Positions 9,187 through 18,900 of a stretch of 64,000 nucleotides of DNA are shown here, piece after piece. Both the position numbers and the translations under genes were made by a program. Position 1 is the stretch's first letter; each line of letters starts with the position of its first letter. The DNA comes from a virus. The stretch covers positions 14,252-78,251 of IMG/VR virus record IMGVR_UViG_3300013131_000002. One strand, 5' to 3'. The notes beneath the pieces are model-generated. The model saw nothing but the letters and a program-made list of their open reading frames with translations, did not search any database and was not told where the DNA came from.

Positions 9187-12005
9187 GTATCAAACAAATT
9201 GACAATGAATTTGTCGGTTCAGATACCGGTGTTGCTAAACGTATCAATCGTGGTGCAGAGAAACTGGTGTTTGACATATTGCAAGCCACACAATATTCTA
9301 CCCCAATCCCTTCAACTGTCAGAGAGCTGGTAACAAATGCCTGCGATTCTCAACGAGAGAAGGAGATTGCCATAGAGATATTGACTGGGCAAAAGACTGT
9401 GGAAGATTATTACATCAATCGAGAAGGTGAGCAGTACGAAGACAGTAACTTCGATCCTAGTTATTATAGTATAACTAATCTTGATGTAGTAAACAAACAC
9501 ATTGACGTTATCTACAAGCACAACCCTGGAGTTGGATATTGTGACGAGTTCATAATTAAAGACTACGGTGTTGGTATCGGAGGTAGACGTTTAGAAGGTA
9601 TCCTAGAGTTAGGTTATTCAACTAAACGTAATACTTCAGAGAACTTTGGTGCTTTCGGTTTAGGGGCTAAAGTTGCATTATCTACTGGTGTAGACTTCTA
9701 CACAATTGAGACTGTGTACAACGGTCAACGATTCAAAGCAAATTGCTTTAACTACAAAACAGATTTTCTCATTCCGAGATTTAATCTTAGTACAGGCCAA
9801 GAGAATCCATACATCATATTTTCTGATGGGACTAAAGTCTATTACGAGCCGACTACAGAATTGAACGGAAGTACAATTTCGTTTGGAGTTAAGAAGCATA
9901 ATGCAGATCGTTTTATTGATGCAGTCAGTGAGCAATTAACTTACTTGAGTAATGTTAAATTCTCCGTGGTTGAAGAGAATGGATATCAAAGAGAGATCGA
10001 CTTCAAACCTAGTGTGATTTACAACTCAAAGCATTTGATTATCACTGAGAGTAACTATTATGCACGTCCACATATCGTCATTGTTAAAGCAGAGGGAGCA
10101 GCCACTGGTATTAACTATGGTCATGTGGATTTCCGAGAGTTGGAGATGGAGCAGTTATATGGGGCAGTTGGTCTGAAGTGTCCTATACGACAAGTGTATA
10201 AGAATGAACTTGGGGAAGAAGTAGTTATTCAAGACGGAGTCGATGTTACTCCTAGCCGTGAGAAAGTAATCTGGTCTGACCACACTAAACAGTTTGTTCA
10301 GAACTTGATTATTAAAGCAGCTGAGGAAGCAACAGAGCTTGTGCAAGAGAAGCTGAATGAAACCGACTTCTTGAAGTGGGTAGAAGCTTGTAAGAATGTA
10401 GTATTCTCAGGGAAACTTACAGAGGATCACTCTTCAAACGGTAGAGTATTGCAGGCTATGAGTCGAATCATTGACACTAAGTCTTTAAAGCCGGTATATC
10501 CAGAGAACAAACGAATTAAGTTTGAGCACATGGGTAAAATCTTTGAAGGGTTCAATGTTAGATTGCATACCTTGAGCAATAAGCTTGAGAACGGAGAATT
10601 TAAGATAGTCTCTAATACTACTGATGTTGATACTTGGGAAAAGTTTGACATTGCTAAAGTGTATTACAGAAAAGAAGGATTTACCAGACTTAAAGATGCA
10701 TATCTTATGAAGCAGAATGGTGGTTCTTTTATCTCAATTCGGAAGAAGTCAACTCAAGACTTAGAGGACAAGTGTGATGATCCTGCTACACGACCTGAAG
10801 ATTTAGTATTGTATGAAGCACAGTTAGGGAAGATTAAGAAGAACCAAATAGAAATCGAGAAGTATTTACAATTATCTGAAAGCTACAAATGCTATGATGA
10901 TGTGATAGTTCCTGATGACTTTGAGGCTACTCTTAAAGAGGAGGAAGAAGTACTGGCTGCTACAGGAGGAGGAACACAAAAGTTAACTCCAGCTGAACTT
11001 CGTGAGTTAAACAAGCAGATTGTTGGTTACACTGTTCGTGAAGCTACTGCTAGGAATGCTGTTAACTGGGATGATTCTGTATGGGATAAGGTAGAGCCAA
11101 AGCTATCAGAACTTAGAGCAACTGAGACTATAATTTATTATGGTACAGATGAAGACGGTGAGAAGCTTAAGCTAGCTGCTGAAATCTTAAAGATGTTTGC
11201 CCCTAGAATCTGTGACATCTATCCTGGAGCTACTTATACTCCCCCTTATTCTAATAGTAGAAGTGATGCTATGCATTTCTATATGTGTCATCCTACTAGA
11301 TTTATGAATGGTAGAGGAGAGTTAAATGAGTATTCTATGGGAAGTGTAGTAAAGAGAGAGACTAAAAGTCCACAGTTGATTAAGCTTAGTGAAGCTAATG
11401 TCAAGCAAGTTAAGAACGTAGAAAATATCAAGCATATTGACGAGTTCTTCTATGCTGTGGATGAGGATGACAATCTTACTTGCAGCTTCTATCTGAGAGC
11501 ATATTATGCTGCTCATGTAATGGATGTAGATAGAGTTCTACCTTTCTTTGAGAACTTACAATCTATCAATCCTTTATTTGGAAAGATGTATGAATCTCTT
11601 GATGGTGTAGCAGGCAAGCTATCTTACAAGTTGAAAGGTAAAAGCCATCCAGTAATTGATGAGGTTTTTACGAGACTGAATAAGATGGCTGCACTAGAGT
11701 ATGTAAGCATGACCTCACCTGATGACAAGCAAGCAATTGCTAAAGCAGCAGGGGATTTGTTTATGCTATCTGATATTCCAGGTGCTAAGATTCGTCTTCC
11801 AGGATTTGAAGCAATCTTATCTTTCTACAAAGACTTCACAGATACTTCTAAACATATCTTATCTCAGATATCTAATTATAAGTATGAAGAAGAGGATACT
11901 AAACGTGAGATTCAGCTGTATCTTAAAGCAAAAGGGTTACTCGAAATGACCATTCCTGTTGAAGAATTAAATGAGTTCGAGTCATTTATTTCATTAAATT
12001 TGTAA
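9183..12005 (+). CDS. rIIA: rIIA-like protein (N-terminal GHKL ATPase)
   Basis: YSTPIPSTVRELVTNACDS, DYGVG, STKR...GAFGLGAK, VTPSRE. Confidence 0.85.
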   Translation: MSIKQIDNEFVGSDTGVAKRINRGAEKLVFDILQATQYSTPIPSTVRELVTNACDSQREKEIAIEILTGQKTVEDYYINREGEQYEDSNFDPSYYSITNLDVVNKHIDVIYKHNPGVGYCDEFIIKDYGVGIGGRRLEGILELGYSTKRNTSENFGAFGLGAKVALSTGVDFYTIETVYNGQRFKANCFNYKTDFLIPRFNLSTGQENPYIIFSDGTKVYYEPTTELNGSTISFGVKKHNADRFIDAVSEQLTYLSNVKFSVVEENGYQREIDFKPSVIYNSKHLIITESNYYARPHIVIVKAEGAATGINYGHVDFRELEMEQLYGAVGLKCPIRQVYKNELGEEVVIQDGVDVTPSREKVIWSDHTKQFVQNLIIKAAEEATELVQEKLNETDFLKWVEACKNVVFSGKLTEDHSSNGRVLQAMSRIIDTKSLKPVYPENKRIKFEHMGKIFEGFNVRLHTLSNKLENGEFKIVSNTTDVDTWEKFDIAKVYYRKEGFTRLKDAYLMKQNGGSFISIRKKSTQDLEDKCDDPATRPEDLVLYEAQLGKIKKNQIEIEKYLQLSESYKCYDDVIVPDDFEATLKEEEEVLAATGGGTQKLTPAELRELNKQIVGYTVREATARNAVNWDDSVWDKVEPKLSELRATETIIYYGTDEDGEKLKLAAEILKMFAPRICDIYPGATYTPPYSNSRSDAMHFYMCHPTRFMNGRGELNEYSMGSVVKRETKSPQLIKLSEANVKQVKNVENIKHIDEFFYAVDEDDNLTCSFYLRAYYAAHVMDVDRVLPFFENLQSINPLFGKMYESLDGVAGKLSYKLKGKSHPVIDEVFTRLNKMAALEYVSMTSPDDKQAIAKAAGDLFMLSDIPGAKIRLPGFEAILSFYKDFTDTSKHILSQISNYKYEEEDTKREIQLYLKAKGLLEMTIPVEELNEFESFISLNL
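11995..12004 (+). promoter_or_regulatory. Bacteroidota -7 promoter element (TAAATTTGTA) upstream of rIIB
   Basis: Matches TAnnTTTG, about 25 nt before the ATG at 12029. Confidence 0.45.
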
Positions 12006-12028
12006 TACAAATAATAACAAAATCTTTT

Positions 12029-13198
12029 ATGATTAGTTTAAATGTAATCGATGGAAACATCGTCGGATCTTACGGGGAGAAGTCATTCTCTGTAACGTAC
12101 ACTGAAGAGTTGTACAATAAAATGCAAGAGTTAGCTAAAAAAGCTGATCGTGTAGAAACAATGGATGAGCTTCGTGCCATCTTGGATACATTCGAAGGAT
12201 TAGCTGTAGAAGACTATACTCAAGTTATCGAAGATAAATGTGAGTTTATCTATGTGAACAAAGCAACCGGGGAATTCTTCTTGAAGACTGGTGATGTAGT
12301 TTCTAACATTCCAATGCCAGCAGCACTTGTAGAGAGAATCTATGAGTCTATGGATATGGGGTTAGACTTCATGCCACTTGTTAAGATGTGGACTCGTTGG
12401 CTTCGTAACCCAATTCTTTGGAAGAAGATGCACAAAGGTACTGGAGTTGAATTCTCTACAAGATTCTTCAACTTCATTAACTTGAAGTATGTTCATCCTG
12501 TTCTTTACAAAGAGCTTACCGAGGAGAAAGGTTTTAGCCATGACGTAGCTGAGAAGAAAGCTACTATGTATCAAATGAAGATCACCAAGGAAGGTTTGTT
12601 GAATGGTTACAAAGTATCATCAGAAGTATTGCACAAGTTTGATGCAGAAACTGGAGAAGTAGTAGACCGTTACAAACGTACATTCAATGTAGACACTGGT
12701 GAAATTGAGTCAGAAGGCTTACCAGAGTTTGTTGAGGATCGTTTGTTCCAACCTGCTATCATGGGTGATGGCGGAGATGCATTCTATTGTGAAGGTCCTA
12801 CTGGCTATGAAAAGCCTGGGCATTTCATCAAAGTAGGATGTACTCATCGTCTTGCATCTTGGGATCAAGTTGATACTAACGACCGTCATTCTTGTGTACC
12901 TGGTTTACACTTCGGAGGTCTTGAGTATATCCACCGTATCTCAGGGGAAATTCACAATATCTTTGTAGACCCGATGCATATCGGAGCTGTTCCAGATGAT
13001 TCAACTGGTGCTATTCGTTGTATTCAGTATTTTGTGCATTCAAGTTTGGCAGGTGTAAATGGTTCTATTTATCACTCTTCAACTTATGCAGCTAAAACTG
13101 ATGATGAATGGGCAACAGCTCGTAGAGAAGCAGTAGAGAAATCTTCATCTACTATTGAAGAAATAAAGGCAAAGATTGCTAGAATAAATAACATTTAA
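12029..13198 (+). CDS. rIIB: rIIB-like protein
   Basis: LRNP, ITKEGLLNGYK, CVPGLHFG, VDPMHIGAVP..R.C; adjacent to rIIA. Confidence 0.85.
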   Translation: MISLNVIDGNIVGSYGEKSFSVTYTEELYNKMQELAKKADRVETMDELRAILDTFEGLAVEDYTQVIEDKCEFIYVNKATGEFFLKTGDVVSNIPMPAALVERIYESMDMGLDFMPLVKMWTRWLRNPILWKKMHKGTGVEFSTRFFNFINLKYVHPVLYKELTEEKGFSHDVAEKKATMYQMKITKEGLLNGYKVSSEVLHKFDAETGEVVDRYKRTFNVDTGEIESEGLPEFVEDRLFQPAIMGDGGDAFYCEGPTGYEKPGHFIKVGCTHRLASWDQVDTNDRHSCVPGLHFGGLEYIHRISGEIHNIFVDPMHIGAVPDDSTGAIRCIQYFVHSSLAGVNGSIYHSSTYAAKTDDEWATARREAVEKSSSTIEEIKAKIARINNI

Positions 13199-13208
13199 AT
13201 TGAGCTAG

Positions 13209-13982
13209 ATGGAAGATACATTAGACCAGAGTGTAGGAAATGTGGAACCGATATGTCTAATTGATGGAGATAGCTTAATTTATTATGAGATGGACAAGCC
13301 AACCCTGGAGGAAGCCTTACAAGGGCTAGACTCCAGGATCTTGACCATTCTTGAACAATGCAAGACCCCTACATATGTTGGATTTCTTACAGATCATAAT
13401 TGCTTTCGTTATCAAGTTAGCAAGGATTATAAAGCTAATAGAAAACATAGACCTAAGACTGTCATTTTCCCTGCCCTTCGAGAATACCTCAAACAAAAAT
13501 GGGGATTCTACGGAGTAGAGGGATTGGAGGCTGACGATCTTGTAAGTTATTATGCTAAGAATGAAGCACGGAAAACTATTATCTGCTCACCAGATAAGGA
13601 CGTTCTTTATCAATGCCCAGGCATGCACTTTAATTATCGTACTCTTGAGTTCCTGCATACGTCACCAGACGATGCATATCAGTTCTTGTGGAAACAAGTA
13701 TTGATGGGAGATAGTACAGATAACATCACAGGCATTCCAGGTGTTGGAGTAAAGACGGCAGAGAATTGGTTGATGGGGAGAACTAATGATGTTGAAGCAT
13801 TTGTTTTGAAGAAGTATATCGAGAAGTTTGGAAGTACAGAAGGCATTATGCAGTTCTATACTAACTTTAAACTTGTATATTTACTTCAAAGTCCTGAGGA
13901 TATTCTCAGAGAGCTTCAAAATAATTTAGAACCCTTAAAACCGATTACTTATTATGAGCCAGCAGATAGTGACGGATGGTAA
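13209..13982 (+). CDS. 5'-3' exonuclease / RNase H (FEN-like)
   Basis: LIDGDS, YKANR, EADD, DKD, GDSTDNITGIPGVGVKTA. Confidence 0.92.
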   Translation: MEDTLDQSVGNVEPICLIDGDSLIYYEMDKPTLEEALQGLDSRILTILEQCKTPTYVGFLTDHNCFRYQVSKDYKANRKHRPKTVIFPALREYLKQKWGFYGVEGLEADDLVSYYAKNEARKTIICSPDKDVLYQCPGMHFNYRTLEFLHTSPDDAYQFLWKQVLMGDSTDNITGIPGVGVKTAENWLMGRTNDVEAFVLKKYIEKFGSTEGIMQFYTNFKLVYLLQSPEDILRELQNNLEPLKPITYYEPADSDGW

Positions 13983-14763
13983 GATAATTTATACCCCCGT
14001 GAATGGAAGAACCATTCGTATGACAGGAAGTGTTGCAGACTATTCTAGAGTTTATGATGAAGATGGTAAGACGATTCTCTCATTAGTTAATGGGAAAGTT
14101 CGTCATGATGTAGGTAAGATTGTTAGAAATCGTACTAAGACTCCTTATAGAGTTAACTACATTACACCACTTTATAATGCTGTAAATCTTTTAGCTGGAT
14201 ATGATCTATCAGTTGCAAGAGCAACTAAATCTACAATTTTTCTATGCCCAATGCTTGGAGGAAAGAGGGAGTTGTTTTATTGGGAGAAGCTTTTAGTTAA
14301 TGCATTTGTTGCCATTCCTAATGAGACTGGGATAATTGCATTGCTCTATCGTTTTTCAGGGGATCCTACGTTCATTAAATTTGAACAGGCCTTGTCAAAC
14401 TTTAGAACCTTTAAGTATAGAATAGATACCGATCCTTATCACGTTATGTTTGTATTTAGTGTACCAGATTATGCAGAGACGGCATACAATCATTTCGTGA
14501 ATGGTAGGTATTCAGAGATAGATGATATCATGAAACTTAAGATTTTGGATTATCATGGATTTAATATGGATGGGTCAACAGCTAAAATCCTATTCAAGTC
14601 TCCTTCGTTGAAGAAGGATCTTGAGGAACAATTAGACGTAATGATACCAGATGAGAATGAGTTACATTCTCCACCAAATTTAATCGAAGAAACATTTGAT
14701 CCAGAACAATACTATACAGGGAAAGTAAAATTAGATAACGTAAATTTTTTAACGAATGAGTAA
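13954..14763 (+). CDS. hypothetical protein
   Basis: 269-aa ORF overlapping both neighbours. Confidence 0.7.
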   Translation: MSQQIVTDGKIIYTPVNGRTIRMTGSVADYSRVYDEDGKTILSLVNGKVRHDVGKIVRNRTKTPYRVNYITPLYNAVNLLAGYDLSVARATKSTIFLCPMLGGKRELFYWEKLLVNAFVAIPNETGIIALLYRFSGDPTFIKFEQALSNFRTFKYRIDTDPYHVMFVFSVPDYAETAYNHFVNGRYSEIDDIMKLKILDYHGFNMDGSTAKILFKSPSLKKDLEEQLDVMIPDENELHSPPNLIEETFDPEQYYTGKVKLDNVNFLTNE

Positions 14764-15511
14764 ACTGCTTGAACAGCTTGGGGATTGGGGGCCTATTCAT
14801 CAATCGATAGTAGGTAACCACCCTGGGCTGTACAATCAGCTCGTAGAATTTATTCAACATCACAGAGATAATTATACTGTTTACCCAGATAAGCATGAGG
14901 TATTCAGAGCATTCGAGCTGTGTCAGATGAAAGATTTACGAGTTGTTATTATCGGCCAGGACCCGTACCACAATGGTGCTGCTACTGGCTTAGCCTTTGG
15001 GGTCAAAGAGGGAATGAAAATCAATCCAAGTCTACGAGTGATACAGAGAGAAATCTGTAGGTCTCATGGAATAGACGAATCAGAAGCTAAAAATACTGAG
15101 TTTGATTATTCATTGTCGCACCTGGCCAAGCAAGGGGTATTGCTACTGAACACTACTTTAACTGTTACTAAGGGTAAACCAAATTCACACGAGATGGTGT
15201 GGGGCTGGTACACCAAAGAAATGGTTAGAGCAATATGTGAGAATCTAGATGGAGTTGTTTTCTTACTTTGGGGTAAGTTTGCACAACATGCATTTGGAGG
15301 GATTGTTAAAGAAGTAAACAACATCCATGATAAATCACATATTATCTTTGCAGCAAGTCATCCGGCTGCTGAGGTATACGGAGGTAATGCTAGATTCATT
15401 GGATGTAATCACTTCATTAAAGTTAATGATGTAATTGCAGAGCCAATCGACTGGTTTAAATTACCACAGAAGGAGACAACAGAAATAGATAACCAAATCA
15501 ATTTACTATGA
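14756..15511 (+). CDS. ung: uracil-DNA glycosylase, family 1
   Basis: VIIGQDPYH, ATGLAF, QGVLLLN, FLLWG, SHP, GCNHF. Confidence 0.95.
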   Translation: MSKLLEQLGDWGPIHQSIVGNHPGLYNQLVEFIQHHRDNYTVYPDKHEVFRAFELCQMKDLRVVIIGQDPYHNGAATGLAFGVKEGMKINPSLRVIQREICRSHGIDESEAKNTEFDYSLSHLAKQGVLLLNTTLTVTKGKPNSHEMVWGWYTKEMVRAICENLDGVVFLLWGKFAQHAFGGIVKEVNNIHDKSHIIFAASHPAAEVYGGNARFIGCNHFIKVNDVIAEPIDWFKLPQKETTEIDNQINLL

Positions 15512-15900
15512 ACGATAGAGAACAGCAAATTGCAGATGTTTGTAACAAAATCAAATCACTTTTGTTACTAAAGAACAAAGCCTATGGAGATTCAGCACTA
15601 ACACCACTACGAGTATTTTCTAAAGGGGATACAGTAGATGGGTTACTTGTACGAATCGATGATAAGTTATCTCGTATTAAGAATGCAGGTTTTAGATCTG
15701 CTTCTGAAGATACTCTTATGGATTTGATTGGATACCTTGTTCTTCTAAAAGTTCAAATAGCTGAGAAAGATGCAGCTTATAGCAAAGCATATTCTAAAGT
15801 TCTTGGGATTGATCAACTTGGATTACCGAAGATGGAATCTAATGGAACTGTTGATATGGATAAGATTCGTTATACTAACGATCCTGCATCAGGGTATTAA
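15508..15900 (+). CDS. DUF1599 / nucleotide-modification-associated domain 1-like protein
   Basis: KNKAYGDS...RIDDKLSR...DTLMDLIGY. Confidence 0.8.
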   Translation: MNDREQQIADVCNKIKSLLLLKNKAYGDSALTPLRVFSKGDTVDGLLVRIDDKLSRIKNAGFRSASEDTLMDLIGYLVLLKVQIAEKDAAYSKAYSKVLGIDQLGLPKMESNGTVDMDKIRYTNDPASGY

Positions 15901-15930
15901 AAAAGAAAGGGCCTCATGGCCCTTTTTTTT
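15899..15930. terminator. bidirectional intrinsic terminator between the convergent blocks
   Basis: A-tract, AAAGGGCC-tcat-GGCCCTTT hairpin, T-tract. Confidence 0.85.
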
Positions 15931-15943
15931 ATTCTGCTTTAGC

Positions 15944-18900
15944 TTATTTGTTATAAAATTCTGAAGCTTCTTTTGGATTGAAAGTTTTGTCTACTCCAAC
16001 ATAGAATGGTATATTATCGTAGGCTTGTTTTTTAATCTTTCTATCTCCTTTTTTCATTCCTGATTCTGCTCTTTGGTAGAATATCTTTTTCTTGTCTACT
16101 TCAAATCCTAAAGTATATGGAAGATCATAGAACAAAGCTTGCTCTGCTAATCCAAACATTGACTCAACCATATTTACAGTGGCTGTAGGAGATTGGATGA
16201 TTCTCAAAAAGTCTTTGTAGTTATAGAATTGTTGAAGCTCAGCATTCATACGAATAGCTTGGTATCCAAAGAATTGTGATACTTTATCGTCTTTATCATC
16301 ATCTCCCATTAACATTCCTGCTGCAACACTAGTAGTAATTACCCAAGCTGCTTGAGACAATGTACGTTTAATATCTGCTTGTTCCCATTCTGTATGCTTA
16401 CCATATACTCCACGATACTTAAGTCCTGCTTTTGTTGCTTGAACCATATAATTCATGAAGACTTTGTACATACCATTAGCAAGTACCCCAGATTCGGTAT
16501 CAACATGAACTCCACGATTAGATCCATATCCCCAATGTTTACGTAAACCTGGAGAAAAGAATCGACGGAACAAGTTTAAAAGTTTACCCCACCATCTTCT
16601 TTCAGCTAATGCTCTATCTACATCTCCTTTAACTTGGTTTGTTTTTTTCATCAAACCACTAAGCTTATTAACAAAATCCATCTGAGTTAAGTTAGCTACT
16701 CTTGGATCTAATTCTAAATTACCATTTGCTTTTTCTATCAATAGGTCATAGAGATTTGCATCTGTACCATCTGCATTTTTAATTACATCTCCATTTTTAT
16801 CTTTAAGCTTTCCCTTATAACTATCCATCAATGCAAGCATACGAACTATTACAGCTTCGTGCTCTGCCATAGTTTGTAAAATACTCCCAACTCCTCCAAC
16901 TAGAGATTTTCTTAATCTGCTACCTGTGATATTAGATACTTGATCCATGCCTAGCTGATCTGTATAAGCATCTGACCAGAGAGCAGATTTAATAAGTTTT
17001 GATTTTGGGGCAAATGCTCCCCAATCAGATATACCTGCGGCTCCAGTTATAAACTTTGCTAATGCCCATGCATGGTTTGTCTTATTAAAGTACTGACCTA
17101 CAATTCCTTCTTCAATTAATTTCTGGTTATCTAAGAACAATTGATTAGTAGCTTGAAGACCATTAAATGATAGAGCTTTTAGTGCTGTGAATCTTGTAAC
17201 TGCAGAAGTAATTTTACTTGCACTTATTGACTTTCCTGCTATACCTACAGTATTTAATATATCTTTTCTTCCAAAGAATACTGATTCAATAAACTCCTCT
17301 ACCATTTGGGATGTGTTACTTGTAATCCCTTCTCTTGTTTCATATTCTATATACCCATTTCTTCTAGCATATTGATTTACAAGTGGAACATAAGCTAAAG
17401 CTCCTTCTACCAAAACTTTTCTATTTCTTATCAAATCTCTCATCAATATAACTGATGATTGAATTTTACTTTTAGATTCAAAATCATTAGCCATTTTAAC
17501 AAAGTGCATTATGGCCCCAGTTAAATCTCTTGTAACTAATGCTTCTGACATAACAGAAGTAAAGAATATTGGAACGATTTGCTGTCTAGCTTGAGCAGCA
17601 GTTAACTCTCCATATTCTGTATCTCCTTCAGTAATCATGAATCCTTCTCTTAGCATCTCTCTACTAGTAGCTAAGAATCCATTATTCTGCATTTGTCCTA
17701 GAGTATCAGCTTTAACTGTTGGAACCATATATGTATATGTATCCCAAGTATTTTTAACTTGTTTAGTCTCTCCGATTTTGTCTGAGTGTTTATTATAAAT
17801 ATCTAGTAGTTTGTACATATATTTATAATCTTCAGTCTGTGTATTCTTAAGAGCTGTATATTTTGGATTTAAGTATGAATCATTAGGCATAACAGCATCT
17901 CCACGGAAACTATTTGAATAACTGTTGTAGATATAATTAATATCTGATTCAATCTGTTCCATCTCTACTAAAGCTAAAGCTGCTCTATCTACATCTATAT
18001 CTCTATATTTATAGTATTCTTTCTCTACAGCTCTATATTCTTTTTCAAGATCTAACTTTCTTTGCATGGCATTTGGAGAAGTCTTACTATTCTTAGCATG
18101 CCAGTCATCTATCATTCTGTAGTATCCCTTACGAAGTTCTACAAACTTTGGTTCTTTTGATTTTTTCCATTCATCATAGGCATCTCTATCCCCAATGTTC
18201 GGCTTTTTGAATTTCTTCTCAGCTTCATCGAGCATGTTATAAAAAGTTTTCCAATATCTTGTAACATCATAAGGTTGAACAAATCCTAAAACTTTAATTT
18301 CCTTTCTAATGTTATTACCTTTATTGTCTTGTTCTACAACAAAATGGCTAATAACCTCATACATATTAGCATAAGCTTGTGTAGGATTAAAGCCACTTTT
18401 ACGAGCCATGAAGTTTTCATAATCTTTTGATAGACTATATTGAACATCTCTAGTTTTTTCTGCTGCTTCTAATAATGAAGCTTTTACTTCTGTTACGAAT
18501 AATTGTATAGCTGTTTGAGAAGAATTGATTACTGGATCCATAAGTACACTGTACTTAGTCTTATCCATCTGAGCATTTACAAGTTCATCAATAAGAGATT
18601 GAAGTCCTATCTTTTTTCCACGAATCTGCTTTACAAGTTCTTCAATTAATAATTTATCTCTAGTAGGTTTATCTATAAGATCTTTCTTATAATCATCTCT
18701 AATTTTTAAAGTTGCTTCTGTTTCAATAAGCAAATTCTTTCTCATCACCCCATCCTTCTCTATACTTTGAGCTAAAGCTTCTAGCTCATCATTTAATCCT
18801 GTATTTTTATGATAGCCAAGGATTAGAGAAGCATGTAAAGGGGCACCTAATTTTAAGTACTTTGTATAGGTCTCATCCATTTTATTGTTTAGAGCTATTA

